Origin: Zootoca vivipara
Taxonomy: Eukaryota
Direction: 5' to 3'
NCBI RefSeq assembly: GCF_963506605.1
Contig: NC_083282.1
Coordinates: 73,966,001-74,030,000 of the forward strand
DNA: 64,000 nucleotides
The notes beneath the pieces are model-generated. The model ran no database searches and was not told the DNA's origin. It saw nothing but the letters and a program-made list of their open reading frames with translations. A program made the position numbers and the translations under genes. Below, piece after piece: positions 27,258 through 41,591 of the stretch (position 1 is the first letter of the stretch; every line of letters begins with the position of its first letter).

Positions 27258-27720
27258 TAGCAAACTCCTCACTCACTTGGAAAGGGACAAGGATCTCCAA
27301 GGCAGAAGAATACTATCTCCTACAGTGCTAATAAAGAGCAGGCAGGCTTTATCTCTGATAAGAGTGAAAGGCAGCAATTTACCCACCCACACCTCCAGCA
27401 CTCTGTGGAAATGTACAGTATATCTGATCTTTGTGGTGTGTTGCTTAGCTCCAAAACTAGAGATAAAAAAAATAATCCCTCTGCCTGTTCTTTACAGAGG
27501 ATCTTTAAAGAGGAAGCAGAGCATTTTAATGCTGTTTAGGAGACAAAAGTTGTGAGGTTGCATCCTGTGGTTTGGTAGAGTAGATGCAGCCCATGGACTT
27601 GTGGGTTCGCCCAACCCCCTTGGTTTATCCTATTCTTTGCAATTTAATATATTTTGTTTGTGTTTTTATTTTTAACTGTTGTACGTCATTGTGAGTGCAT
27701 GGACGCTAGGCAGGTGGGAT

Positions 27721-27996
27721 AGACCCCCTTGTGGGGGGCCGGACTATATTTTGAAAAAAAAAATGAACGAATTCCTATGCCCTACAAATAACCCAGAGAT
27801 GCTTTTTAAATAAAAGGACACATTCTACTCATGTAAAAACACCAGGCAGGCCCCACAAATAACCCAGAGCTGCATTTTAAATAAAAGGACACATTCTACT
27901 CATGTAAAAACACGCTGATTCCCAAACCATCCATGGGCTGGATTTAGAAGGTGATTGAGCCGCATCCGGCCCCTGGGCCTTAGTTTGGGAATCCTG
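27721..27996. mobile_element. hAT (Charlie-type) non-autonomous element, left end missing, internal ~70-bp tandem duplication
   Basis: Same body as 49632-49863; unit CACAAATAACCCAGAG..CATTCTACTCATGTAAAAACAC occurs twice. Confidence 0.75.
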
Positions 27997-28745
27997 ATAT
28001 ACACCAACAATAAGACCTTTCACAATTATGGGAGACAAAATCAGCAAGTGTCTTATGGAAAATGGATTTCTCCAGAGTTTTAATTCCTCTGTAGAGCTCT
28101 GCTTTCCTTTTGAAGCCCCATTCATATATCACTGTTGCAAAATGATAGCCTACCGGGGGGGGGGACCACTCCCTTTTATTCATGTTTCAGTTCCACATCA
28201 GTAATATTATGGATGACCTTATGAGTGGCTCAAATCCCTGAAGTGGTGTACAGCATGAGAAAAATGGCATTGAATACAAGAGAAGTTTGATAAACAATAA
28301 AATCGTTTCTACAGACTATAAAAAACATCCGTATGTTACAAACACATTACAGGATTGAGCTATGGGGAAAATCCCTGTGTCCCATACCCAGCTAGTGTCT
28401 AGCTCTCTGTTTGCTGGCAGGAGAAGAAGAAAGGTAACAGGCTTTGTGTGAGAGATGGGAAGTTTGTGACCCTCCAGGTGTTACTGGGTTCCCATCATCC
28501 CTGGACGTTGTCCTTGCTGGCTGGGGCTGATGGGAGTTAAGAGTCCAGTATCTGGAGGGCCACAGGCTCCCCCTCTCTGCTTGATGCCAGACTTTAGGAA
28601 CACTACTTAAATCGCTCCACTGTAATGCAAATTGAACTGTACTTGGTAAACAGGAGCGTAAGTTGTTAGCAACACTTCTGTATATTTTGGCTAAACTGTT
28701 CTACTGAAGAGCCAGGTTGCATTCTCCTTTTCTGAGAAGTGATAA

Positions 28746-29057
<312 letters not shown>

Positions 29058-29954
29058 ATCTGGGAACAGAATTCAGTGCCAAAGACTCTATGCTGCTCCT
29101 ACTGCATATGTGCTCAAGCGAGAGACTTTGAGCCATACTTGAAACATGTCTGGAGCACCTGCCAGGGTCTCTTCCTCATTCTGCTGATTTGCTCTTCCTT
29201 TTGAGGATGGTACCGGGGGGCCCCTTTGTTAAACAAATGTGGTGCCCTTGGCTGTTATGGGTTACCTAAGGCCTCAATCGGTCATAAATTAGCAGTGTCA
29301 CGGTTCTACTTTTTGATATGAAGTTGGCTACGGTGCAGAGAAACAGGGTTTCAGAAAAGCCAAGTTCTTCCAGAAGAGAAGAGGCCAAATGAAAACCAGG
29401 GATCCTATTCCTGTGGGCCGCCTGCCCTCTGGAGTCTGCCCTCCCTCCAAACCATCCTTCACACCCATCAGCAAGAACATGGCAATCCTGCGTCTGATGG
29501 TGATGATGTGGGCTACTTCATGGCTGCATGGCTTCAAAGCACTTGGGTCATCTCTGATTGACTTAGTGGTGATGCTACAGCATTATGCCTTTCCAATTCA
29601 TATGGCTTCTGTTCTCCTTTATGTCTGAAACCAGCACAATTTCCCCCTTTCCTTGTCCTATCCAACCCCCACTGCGTGGAATTGGATTGACTGCTTCACT
29701 CCAGGGGAAAAATGGCAGCCCGCTTATATTTGGAACATGTCACATTTCCATGTACTTATGGTCCTCTTTTTATATGTGTAAATATGTACAATCTGCCACT
29801 GTTCTCTTCTGGGCCACTGAGGATGTGTCACTGTCCACCCAGTCTTGTATTGTGTGTGTGTGTGGTGCACTTGCTCTTAGCCATAGAAGAAACAGGACTC
29901 AGGGTACTGGGTTTGCAGTATTGTAGGGTTTGGTTCATCTTTGCCTTGGAACAG

Positions 29955-30085
29955 CGATAGCAAACGTGGTGCCCTCCAGATTTTATTGGACTATGATTCC
30001 CATCATCCCTGATCATTGACAGTATTGGTTAGGACTGATGGGAGATGTAGTCCAACAATATTAGGAGGGCACCACATTGGTTACT
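29955..30085. mobile_element. Older copy of the palindromic hAT MITE, in the SRC 3'UTR
   Basis: GTGGTGCCCTCC..TTGGACTA..TCCCATCA / TGATGGGAGATGTAGTCCAA..GGAGGGCACCAC inverted arms. Confidence 0.75.
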
Positions 30086-31141
30086 TGGATGTTGAATTGA
30101 ATGAACTTCTTGATGAGGTCATACTCTGCAATTGATTAGGGATTTTAATGTTGATGCTTGTGGTAGTGATGACTTTTCAGAGCTGTGTTTGTTCTTGGAC
30201 TGCAGGCTTGTCTTCCAGCCTAGCCTTTCAAAAACCCTAATAAAGTGAAATTATGAATAGAAATGTCTTAGACTGGCAAGAAGGGATAATACTCTACCTG
30301 GGTCGTAAGTCCCCTAAATGCCAGCTGTTAGCCCAGGGAATAAAAGTCTTCCACATGGCATTTTAAGAATTCATCAAGTACACAGTTTCTTCTCTTTTCA
30401 CATCATTGCATCTTAATCTTAACCATTTCCAAGGCTCCTTGGTCCCTCAGGGCCATAATATTGCTGCTGGGCAAACTTCAGCTGAACAAGTTGCTCTGCA
30501 GTGCTGCGTCAGCACAGTGGGTGCACTTCTGGTTCAGACAGGGTAAAGAGGCCTTGCATTGCCCTGCCATCCAAGGGCAGCCCCCTTCTCCCATACAGTA
30601 TATGAAAAAGTGATACACATGGGGAAGAACAAATCCAACAAAGAAAGTAGCAAAGTACATAGAACTCTGCAAAACTTGATTTTTGTCCCCCCCTCACTAA
30701 ACCTGCTTCTCAGTGCTATATGATCCCCGGGATGACTCCTTGCTGGAGAGAATTTTAGGTCAGGGGTTTAACCCAGTCCCCTGTTCTAAAACTACTGACA
30801 AGTGCTTACAATCTCCACATAGGCCCCTTCTACAGAGCGATCCTTTAAGAAATGCAACTCCCGTTATGCTTCTGATTTGGTTATGACCTAAAACTAGTCC
30901 CAATTATTCCTAGGGTACAAATGCCAAATGTCCTTGTTTTGCCTCTTCTATCTTCCTTCCATCTTTTAAAGCCTTATTGGCTGAAGCAGTGGGGGAATAG
31001 CTGAACCCTGTGAAGTACTAATGAGCAAACTGCATATTACATTCCACTGCCTGTATTTTTTCCTCTACTAAACTAAAGGCAGTCGCTAGGCTGTGAGTTT
31101 CACCAAAGAAGCATTAGGGGGAAGGGCAGCCTAAACTTGTA

Positions 31142-31391
31142 CAGCCATACCTCGGTTTGAGAATGCTCCAGTTTGAGTACTTTCAGTTTAAGTACTCCGC
31201 AGACCTGGAAGTGTTTACTTCCGGGTTCCGCGGCGCACACATGCGCAGAAACGATCTGCGTGCTTCACGCACACGCAGAAGCACTCTATCAGTGTTTCGC
31301 GCACACACGGAAGAGGCACTCGGATTGAGTACTTTTCGGGGAGTGAATGGCTCCCCGGATCCAATTGAGTACTTAAACCGAAGTACCACTG
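31142..31391. mobile_element. Tigger/pogo-like MITE in the SRC 3'UTR
   Basis: TA|CAGCCATACCTCGGTTT ... AAACCGAAGTACCACTG|TA; related to the 7032 element in opposite orientation. Confidence 0.8.
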
Positions 31392-34300
31392 TACCTTCTG
31401 GCTGTCTTTCGATTTAAATTACACCTTCCCCAGCTGATTCAGAGTGGAGGGGAAACTGGGAGGGAAATGGTTAAGCTGGAGTGCATGTGGTGTTCCTCTG
31501 CTAAAAACTCACAGCACAATAAACTGCATTCAGTTCAAAAAAGCAAATGTCAGAAGAGAAGAGAAATATGCAACTGCATTCAGTGTATAGTTTGGCCATA
31601 AAAGTCCTTAAAAATGGATGTTCAGGCTTCTGCCGGATCACACCCTGTGCAGGCTCTTCCTTGATCACTTGTCCCTTTCCACATATCCTGCAGAGCTTTC
31701 CATACTCATATCCATCCTGCTGCACACCAGGAGCTGTTTTTAACAGCAGCTGGCATCTGAGGAGCCGGTTGCAGTTTACATTTCAGCTTGTGCATATGCA
31801 ACAGAATTCAACTTGGCAATCTTTGCACTGTTGGGGGGGGGGAGCTTTTAGAATCAACGATCAGTCTGCTTTAAAATCAGCAAGGTGATGCGTCTCTGAA
31901 TGCATGCCAGAACCATCCCTTTCTTGGGAAAGAGGAAGGAACAGAACAAGATGGAGACTTGGGCACCAGTACCTAGTCCCGTCAGCAGCTGGTGCTGCAG
32001 CAACCTTACTCCATGACCTTCACTCACACAGAGGAGCAAAATATATAAAGCTGCAATGGACTTGGCTGGAGCATGCCTGTTACGTTAGCGCTTGTTAGGC
32101 CAAGGAATCTGCACCCCAAGGGCAGATGGAGTAATTGTGCATATCACGCTAGGGGAGTCCCGAGATGCACTCCAGGAGCTGGCATGAGAGTTCAGACTTG
32201 GAGCCATGTTGATTTGTTAACTAGGGCAATTCTGCAGACAACACACTGCATTCCAGACTCACGGCCTCAAAGGGACTGAAAGGGCGATTTTTCTAAAGTG
32301 CCTGTTGTGTGGGTTGTGAGTTGAGGCTGATTAAGTTTTTTTTTTATTTTTAAAAAACCCCCAGTAAGATTGCTTCAGCATCTTAACTTTTTTTAAACCA
32401 ACAAGATTGCTGCAACATCTTGTCAGAAAATTCTCACTAGTGAAAGGTGGGTCTCCTTGTCATTCAAGGTCAGCTTTCAGCTGTCGCTTCCTCAACAACA
32501 TGCAGTGTGCTTGTCTATCCAACTAAGTCTTACTTGGAGGAGAGCCACTGAAATTAAGGAACATGAAAGTTTGAACCCAAATAGTTACACTTGCTTCATT
32601 TGACACAAGGCAGATAGCTGAATGATTTCCATATTTATGATTTACACTTGTGCTGGAAATCCCAAATCTATATTTTAAAAAAACTAGTCGTCCCTTCCCA
32701 CCTTTAAAGTCCTATTAAAACCAATTAAACTTGTTTAGCCACAAGTATGACTGACTCTCTCTGGCTTGAGGCCTATGGTTGCCACTAAGTCTCAAGCCTA
32801 CAGTTCATGAAAGAAGCCCTATTCCTACAGAGAACAGCAGTTTGAGGCAGCTTTTAGCCCATGTTTGGAGTGGAACCTTGCCACCATCACACTGCAGAGC
32901 GAGAAAGTGTAATGAACGCCAATTCTGCAGTCTTCTCCAATGTGGCCTGCCACCATCCACAAAACCCTTTCTAAGTGATATGCAAATAGATCAGCCTTCT
33001 GTTGCAATGGTTCCTTCTAATGTACAGAAAACCCTTCTGCAGTGCACCACTTTTTATTGGGATAATTTCTTAACAGCTGTAAAATAGCCCATCCCCCTTT
33101 GTATATAGCTCTTGAGTCCTCTGAGTTGTTGCTCAGTGGCTTTGGATATTGATTTAAGTGCATGTGACTCTTAAAAGTGATAAGAATGTTTGTTGCAATT
33201 GTACTTGGCTGGAATTCATTGTTGTCACTGTACCATCACTTGGTCGTCTTACTTTTTCATGCCTAAAGTTTGGATGGTCTCCAATGTGCCAAAAAACAAC
33301 AACAACCCCATAACCTCCAAGGGCAGAATTCCCCCCCTCCATTTATCTGATTTTACCTTATTCAGGACCAATTTCTGGAAGGACTGGGTTTCCAAGAACT
33401 GCTTCATTCATTCTTTGTTTTGCCATCTCATTTGAGCAGCATGTTTTTGCTGCTGTTATCAGCTCAGTGTTAGACTGGGAAAGGGGTTTTGGAGGGCAAG
33501 GTTTTGCTCAGAAAGGTCCAAAGTGGAGATTTGATACCTCTTATCTCATTCAAAGAGAAAGGTCCACAGGTTTTTTTAACAGAGGACCTCTGTCCACCTC
33601 AAAGGTAATTTGACTCAACCGGAGATTATTTCTACCAGAGATAGAGCACAGCTGAGAAGGCACCAAAAATGGTATGACAAGATTTTGTGTGCTTCCCAGC
33701 CACTCAGTCCTGCACCCTTGCCTGTTGGCAGGAGAAGGGACCTGGAATGGGGCAGAGTTCCCATATTTTGCACAAGCTCCTTTCCCAAAAAGTCCAGATT
33801 CAAGTTTTTAATGATGCTGAAGACCAGACCTCAGTATCTTTTTGAGATTACTGAGCCAAATCTCCATCTTATGCCAAGTAAGTGTGTGTACCTCAGAACC
33901 ACAAAATGCTCAGTCCATCATAGCAATAGTGTTTAAAATTTAGTCATGGGTTCTCTTAGGTGCCAATTGCTTTGTTATATGCCAAAATCCCCACCTCCTG
34001 CAGAACTTCTAGTAAAATGCATACTTTTATTGTGTTTGGAACAGGGTCTGCTCTCCTTTTTCCAATGTGTTGTAGGAGGTACGGATAAAGGGCAGCAACT
34101 TACCCCCTGCCATTCTGTATCTCTTCTACACTGCTTATTCATAATATGCCTTATGCGTGCTTTTTTCCCATATGTACTCAAAAGACTATATGCTGGGGTT
34201 TTTTTTTTAAAAAAAATCATTTTCTCAGATGTATTGAATTCAAATTCTGCTCCTATGAGGACCACTTCAGCAACATACCACATCAAATGAGAAAGGAACT

Positions 34301-35969
34301 AAGCTGGGAATTCAGGAGACTGTGCCTTCCCAAACCTCAAAACCTTCAGTTCTCTTTCTATTCCTTTGCCAAGTTGAACATTCCCTTGTACCTCCTTCAC
34401 ATCCAGGACTGAGAATGACTTTGCCCCTTCAGTCTGGGGTTTCTTGGGGGGGTATTCCAGTGTGCCAGTGTATACTGAATTCACATCAGAACTTTCCTTT
34501 GTTAAAGCATGGTTATTTGGAACACCAATGTGGGCTGACAATTAGCCTGTATGGGAAACAGCCTTTTGTTTCATATTTTATTTTTTGGTGAAATGCTGCT
34601 CCCTCTAGTCTTGTTCACTTAATGCTTTCTATACTAGTCCATCCTGAGGTGGCAATCTGTGCCTGGGTTGTACCACTTTTGAATTGAGCAAGGGCTCATA
34701 TGATTGCAGGGTTTTCCCTGCAATAAAGAAAAATAATCCATCTACAAAACTTCTAAAGTGGGGGGGGTAAGGCTAAATCCCTTCTGATATTTAATTCCCT
34801 GTGCAAGGGGGGAGTTGAACATTTGACCCACCTGCAATTTACAAAGTGCAGCCTAGATGCAAGTTTTCTGCCTCTCAGAACTAGACCTAAAAATCCAGTC
34901 TCTTAAATCTGTGATCAAGCCATTTCCTTGCAGCATAATATTACTGTATTTGGGTTTTTTTCTCTAGCACCATTCATTTGTGAGCAGGACTTACATTGGG
35001 GTATTCAAATTATGTGACCAGGGTTGTTTACAAGCTGGAACAGTTGTTTTACCGGAGTGGTAGGGTGTGTGGCATCCTTCACTCCAAGGAGATGCCAGAT
35101 TTGTTTCTGCTCAAGTATGTCAAGTAACCCCTTTTGCTGAGATGGAAGGAAGGAATAACTTTTATTTTTAAATGTCAGCCACCACGGAGAAACAGCTTCT
35201 TGACAAATACAAAACAAAACATATACCTAGCTGGGAAATGCTTCAGTGTAGGAGCTAAAACCAGCCTCTGTGTGCGTATGTGTACGTATGTGTGTATATA
35301 ATATAGATATTAATGTATAAAGAATCCTTTTTTCCAAGTATGTACATTTTTTTATATAAAGAAATCAAGACAAGTAGATCAGTTTAAAATCACAGATTTC
35401 TCTTCTGCTTTTGGTATAGCAATAATGATTATGAATACTAATTTAAATGAACAGTGTACTTAATCTTACTTTTCTTCTTTGTCACACACAAATTTTTCAA
35501 AGAAAAATGAGTCAAGATTCCCTTGTGTGAACTCCCCCGTCTTCCCCCCGCCCATCATGCATGGCATAGGCGACTTTGGTACACAGGAAGGATGCTTGTA
35601 TACTGGATTCCATCTTCAGATCAGAGTCTGACCGTTGCAATGAACTCATGAACTGGAGGAAGCATTGAGAGAGCTCCTTGTGTTGGCCTTGTTCTTCCTT
35701 ATTCACGTCTTTGTTTTTTTAAAAGCCCACAATGTGTGAATCTGTCAGAGGGAGGCTCTGGCACTGGCTGAATGAAGTTTAAACAAGTCCTTACACGGAT
35801 TTCTTCTGCTAATGTAATTGTGTGTGTGCGTGTGGGGGGGGGAACTGCACACATTTTGTAAAATCTCCAAATAACTATGCAGAGAATGGAACGAACTTTT
35901 TCTCTGTGTCTCTTTCTCCCATCCCTTCCTTTTTAGTGTCAGACTACTTAACTCTTTTTTTTTTTTGAA

Positions 35970-35993
35970 AATAAAATGTTATCAAAAAATAAA
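35970..35993 (+). terminator. Candidate SRC poly(A) signals (two AATAAA)
   Basis: AATAAA at 35970-35975 and 35988-35993, U-run upstream, GTATGTCTTTTTTTCTTT downstream. Confidence 0.55.
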
Positions 35994-38807
35994 ATTGCTA
36001 AATGTATGGAGATGAAAGTCCTCTTTTAATTCAGCGGCGTATGTCTTTTTTTCTTTCCATTTTTGCAGTTTTGTTAAATACAAGTAAATGGCACACAGGT
36101 GTGTGTGTGTGAGAGAGGGAGAATCATAGAATTGTGGAGTTAGAAGAGACCCCATGTGTAATCTAATCCAACCCCCTGCTTTGCAAAGAGAGAAATGACC
36201 TGCCGTATCAAATGTCATGCAAGTCCATATTGGCATCATTGGGACGCCATCCCCCACGACGTTTCTGACCACATACAATTTTGTAAAACTCGAAAGAGAA
36301 TCTGTGTTTTGGGCCAGCTCATCTTGCTGCTTCTACATGCTGAGTGACAATGTTTATAAACCCTTCACAGTGCAATTCTATATGTGTATACTTAAAAGTA
36401 GGTTTCACTGAGTTCAGTGGGGTTTACTCCTAGGAAAGTAGGTACAGGAGTGCAGCTCAAACGTAATGGACTTATGTACTTAGTACAAATGCCAAAAACA
36501 CAAATCATATTGCTTAAAAAAAACGGGATAACTAATTGATCTGCCCTTGCTGTACTTACGATGTAGTACTGCTGTGTGTGTGCATATGTGTGTAATATGC
36601 ATCATAAGCTCAACAGCTGATCTCAACCTAAACCACTTTTTGCACTTTAAATCTTGAATCTCAGAGCCTTTTAAACCTTGCTGGAAAACTCCTGTGCGCT
36701 GAAATGCATAGCTCTCTCCTCCACCCTGGAAATTGAAATGGCAATCCTCTTGGTAGGGCATCAAAACAATCACTTTGTGTCCCTAAGCAGGAAGGTGCTG
36801 CTGCTGAAGTGTGGCCTGGTTTACCATCATTGGTGATGGAAGAAGTAACAGGAGGAGAAAAGTCGAAAGGCCCAGGAGAACTGTTGCTACACGTTGATAA
36901 AGGGGGGAAAGCTGGTGAGGTTGTGGTGTGCACAGTATAATAGGATGTATTTAGATGAATTCTGCATAAGGTACCAGGAGTCATAGCATTGCTGGTGTTT
37001 TACACACTACCTCCCCTGCCCCCAAACAAATTAAAAATCATTATGGGGTTAGGCAGATGTAGCACTACTCACAATGCACCTGTGGTGTGCTTTGGCCTTC
37101 ACAACTTAATATAAGCATATACACGCACACTTCAACCTGGAAGTCAAACACAGGATCATCTGCTGATATTGCTGCAGGTGGTGGAAGTACAAAAGTGATC
37201 TCTCAGATCACTTGCCATGTGCTGAATGCAAAAAGTATGTCCATAACAAGCATGGCACTTTCAGATTTTCTGTGCTTGCATGCACAATTTATATTTCATT
37301 AAGAAGCTGCCAAGATAAGCACATTTGCTTCTAGGTAGTGGGCAGGGGGGTACTTGGGGGTTGGCCAGGTTGGCCCCTCCCAAAGGCACAGGCCCAGTGT
37401 GATGCAAAAATTGCCCTTGCCCACTCTGGCTTGGAGTGGTTAGGAGCCTGTCCATGTGCTCCTCGGGCTGCTCCTTCACTGCTCTGGGCAGCCGGGAGAG
37501 GTACACAGGCTTCTCTGGGCACCTTGGCAGAGGAGCTCAAGGGACAAGGGGGCGCTGATACAGCTCTTTGCCAAGAGTGCAAGGGAGCTTAAGTACGCCT
37601 CTGGTAGTGGGTAGGAAAAGAACAAGCTTGAGATTTCCCTCCCTGGCCTCTGGAAGTCTCGTTTCACTTCCTGTTGCCTCCTGAACTTAAAACTACAATA
37701 ACTCTCTTCATTTGTTCAGGATTATTTCACTACCAGGTATCAATTGCTGCATTTGCACGATGACATTGTGAACATGTGAAATACATATAACCTGCACATT
37801 CCATAGCAAAGCCGGGTGGGCCTGAGTACAGAAACATTTCTCTGTGTAAGAGCAATGGCTTTGCAAAGATTCTTCTTCAGGACACCAACATTTTGTGGCT
37901 GGAGCTGGTTTTAATTCTCATCAACATGTCTCATTTGCTTTGGGGTCAGAGGCTCGCTTTGTCTTATCTTAGCCTACCCAAAGCCCCTTTCACATCTGCT
38001 TTATATATCAAGACTGCAAAGTGCAAGCAACCCTGTTAGCCTGCAGAAACAGAATCCATGGGAAGAGAATGACATTGACTTGGTCGTCTCAATCAGTCAG
38101 TGAACTTCAGCCACTGCCAAAGATTTCTGCATACAGTATAGGCAAACTATTATGAGCTATCTTAATGAAATGGATGTTGGCTAAGAGAAGTGTCTTTGCT
38201 TCTGTGCTATAATATGTTTCTCTGGGCCTGTTAATATGAGTGCCATGCCAGATTTTTAAAAGCTGGATCAGATGTTTTTTTCTGGCACTTTCAAGAACCT
38301 TCAAGTCATCAAAAATAATAGCCTAAACTAGTGATGGGAAGCCTGTGGAGCTCCTAATGGTGCTAGACTACAATTCCCATCACTCCTGACCATTGATCAT
38401 GTTGGCTGGGGCTGATGGGAGTTGGAGTTCTGACATCTAGAGGGCCACAGGTTTTCAATCATTATCCAAATCTTTCTTGTGTGATTTGCCTTATCTGGCA
38501 AGTTGTGGTTTTAGGGCGCTCTCCTTTGTACTGTGTTTTACAACCCTATTTGGCTGAAACCTGACTTTCCTTGATACTAAGTTTTTACCTGTTCAAACTC
38601 CTCTTTTGAGATTATCTGTCTCTCTTAAAAATGCAGATTCTGGATCCCTGCAGTTCTGCTTCTGTATTTGCCTGCTGCCACCTGGTGCCCAGACATAGTG
38701 CAAAAATTTTCCCAAATATATCCCTCTTCCTCTAAAGTGTCAACCTTTCCTAAGCGTGATAACCAAAGAGGGTCAGCTAGATGTAGGTGTCCAGAATCTT
38801 GCCTGTA

Positions 38808-39021
38808 CAGTGGTACCTCGGTTTACGAACTTAATCCGTTCCTGAAGTCCATTCTTAAACCAAATCCGTTCTTAAACCGAGGTGCGTTTTCCCTAATGAG
38901 GCCTTCCGCCGCTGGTGCCCTTCCACCGTTCCGTTCGTTCACAAACCGGAACACGACTTCTACGGCGTTTGTAAACTGAATAATTTGTAAACAAGACTGT
39001 TCGTAAACTGAGGTACTACTG
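38808..39021. mobile_element. Tigger/pogo-like MITE
   Basis: TA|CAGTGGTACCTCGGTTTACGAAC ... GTTCGTAAACTGAGGTACTACTG|TA. Confidence 0.85.
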
Positions 39022-39140
39022 TATTATATCTTACATTTATATCTGCATCCTTTCCCTAAAAGAGCGGCATACTTTAGGGTTATTTCATCTCATCAGACCA
39101 GTCCCACTAGCAGAAGCCCACACAAGGGCTTCCACTAGTG

Positions 39141-39278
39141 CAGTGTTTCCCAACCAGTGTGCCTCCAGATGTTTTGGGACTACAACTCCCATCATCCCTA
39201 GCTAGCAAGACCAGTGGTCAGGAATGATGGGAGTTGTAGTCCCAAAACATCTGGAGGCACACTGGTTGGGAAACACTG
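39141..39278. mobile_element. Young palindromic hAT MITE
   Basis: 55-bp perfect inverted arms; exact TSD CACTAGTG (39133-39140, 39279-39286). Confidence 0.92.
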
Positions 39279-41237
39279 CACTAGTGCAATGGGACTTTCC
39301 ATCTCTCCTGTCTCTACTCCATCACACCCAAATCAGCTTAGGAGGTCAAGAGAACCTCCATACATTTCCTTTTTCCGTGGGCCCCTAGGAAATTTCCAGC
39401 CAACCTCACTAATGCATTGACTTCCATGGGCCTTGAGGCAGCTCTGTCTTGTTTAAATTCATACAGTTATCAAGGCACCAAATGATGTGTCATAGTTCGC
39501 TCATGTTGCACTTCATACATAATTCTCTCTACAAAGCCTCACGTCTGAAAAGCCACCAAGCCCCGGAGCCCTGTTACTTGCTCAGTTTGCAACCATTGAT
39601 TTCCAAACTTCCACCAGCTTGTTTCTTTCCCCCTGTTCCTCTGATCTACCAAGCTGGTAAGTGAGTCATACTCCTTTTTTAAATGTTTAATATTTTGTAT
39701 TACACACCCTCTTTAAAGCAGCTTACAAAATGAAAGGGAATTTCTCTCTTCAGCAACATCTTCCCTGCAAGTCCCTGACACATGGACTGATTGCTTAATT
39801 GGTGCTTCCATTTCTACTGGGGAAAAGGTAAAAGAAGATTTCTGCCAGCCATTATTCCTCTGAAATCTAAAAAAACACTGAGGCAGCATGAGGCTGGGAA
39901 GAAAGTAGGGCACAATGCTGAGCACAGCTGTCTCATACAGGAGATGTCATAAAGAAGGTTTTCCTTAACCACCATGAAACGCTTTGCAATTCAGAGGCTT
40001 CTTAGGAATTATCAGTTGTTGCTTTTGACAGTAGCAAACTATACTGTGAGAGGGTGGTGGGGAATATATTATACAGTACAGGTACTTCAGGGATGCGGAA
40101 ACTGCATTCTCCAAATGAAGGTTGGACTCCAATTCCCAACAGCTCCAGGCAGCATGGTCAATGGTCACAATGTCCAACAACATCTGGAGGCATGGGCATA
40201 GCCAGGATTTTTGTTGGGAGAGTAGGCCTTTTGTTTTTTTGGGGGGGGCAGAACCTCAGTTACCTATGTATTTTTACCTTTTCCCCAGTAGATGCACCAA
40301 TTAAGCAATCAGTCTATGTGTCAGGGACTTGCAGGGAAGAAGTTGCTGAAGAGAGAAATTTCCCACCAACCCCAGAGCCTACTGACCTCATTTCACATAG
40401 CACCATAGTAATATATCAGCCACAGGTCAGGACAGTTGCTAATCTAGATCTGAGCTGGCTGATGTGCCTTTAGTTTAGGGGATTATGTTAATTGGCTAAC
40501 TAATCTTCTTGTTTGTGTTAGTATTTGATCACTTTGGAATCTAGGGGTAGGGTGTGAAAATTATTGGCCTGAGAAGATCACAGAAGCAAAAGAGGTGTCT
40601 AGCAGTTCTCAAACTCCTTATGTTGTGCATGAACAAGTGAGTTGTATTATTTATTTCTGTAGGGATTCTGCAGATACATGCAATTATTTATTTCTGCACT
40701 GTACAGGTGTGCATGTGCCTGTGTCCATGCATGCATGCATGCATGTGTGCACGTATGCACACACACGTTGAGTGGGGAAATTGGCTTATGGGGAAGAATG
40801 TTCCCTGTGATTTCTACTAGCTTCAATGTGTTTAAAAGGGGGTTAAGCTAAATGGAGGATAAGGCTCTTAGCCCTAGTTATTATAGGTACCTCAAGGATC
40901 AAAAGCAGCCAGTATCTGAATACCAGTTGCTAGGGAACAAAAGCAGGAGAGGGCTACTGTGTTCATGCCCTACTTCTGGCCTTGCCAGAAGCTCTGCCCA
41001 CCTGTCAAACCTGGTCCATAAAGGGTGGGGAAGATAACCATCTGGCTCATCAGTCACAGCCTGTTTCTCACCCCTGCTCTATACTGAAGAAAGGGACTGT
41101 CCTGATTCCTGGCCAGCCTATGATGATAGAGGCTCTTATCTGAATGTAAAAAAGAAATCTTTATTGAGGGAGAAAAGAGATGCAGCCTTGGCAGCAGGCT
41201 TGACTCCCAGTAGCAGCAGTGGCATTCTCCATACTCC

Positions 41238-41420
41238 AAGGAAGTACTTTCTGATTATGAGAGCTGTTCAACAGTGCAATGAACTACCACAGAAGGTGGT
41301 GGAGGATCATTAGAGGTTTTTTAAACAGATGTTGGATTGGATTCTTTAACTGTGTGATTCCTGCATTGCAGGGGGCTGGACCCATATTACCCTTTCCAAC
41401 TCTACAATTCTATGATTCTA
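41238..41420 (+). mobile_element. CR1 LINE 3' end
   Basis: GAGAGCTGTTCAACAGTG..GAGGTTTTTAAACAG..TTCCTGCATTGCAGGGGG..TTCCAACTCTACAATTCTATGATTCTA tail. Confidence 0.7.
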
Positions 41421-41591
41421 AGGGAAAGAAACAGCAACAGCAACCATCCCCACCACCCATGGATATCCTTTCTGAAAATAGGGGCAATCCTATATCAGGG
41501 AGAGCTATCAGGTGGCCTGAAGAGTAGGTATATGTTAATTTTGGAAATGGGGGTAGCATTTGGTTTGCCCCTGCTTGCTGATTTTAAAATA

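Larger units (their letters stand above)
29058..36010 (+). other. SRC: Probable long SRC 3'UTR
   Basis: AU-rich blocks at 35280-35480 and 35850-35890, then twin AATAAA (35970, 35988) and a downstream U/GU-rich element. The end point is inferred; earlier AATAAA hexamers exist. Confidence 0.55.
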
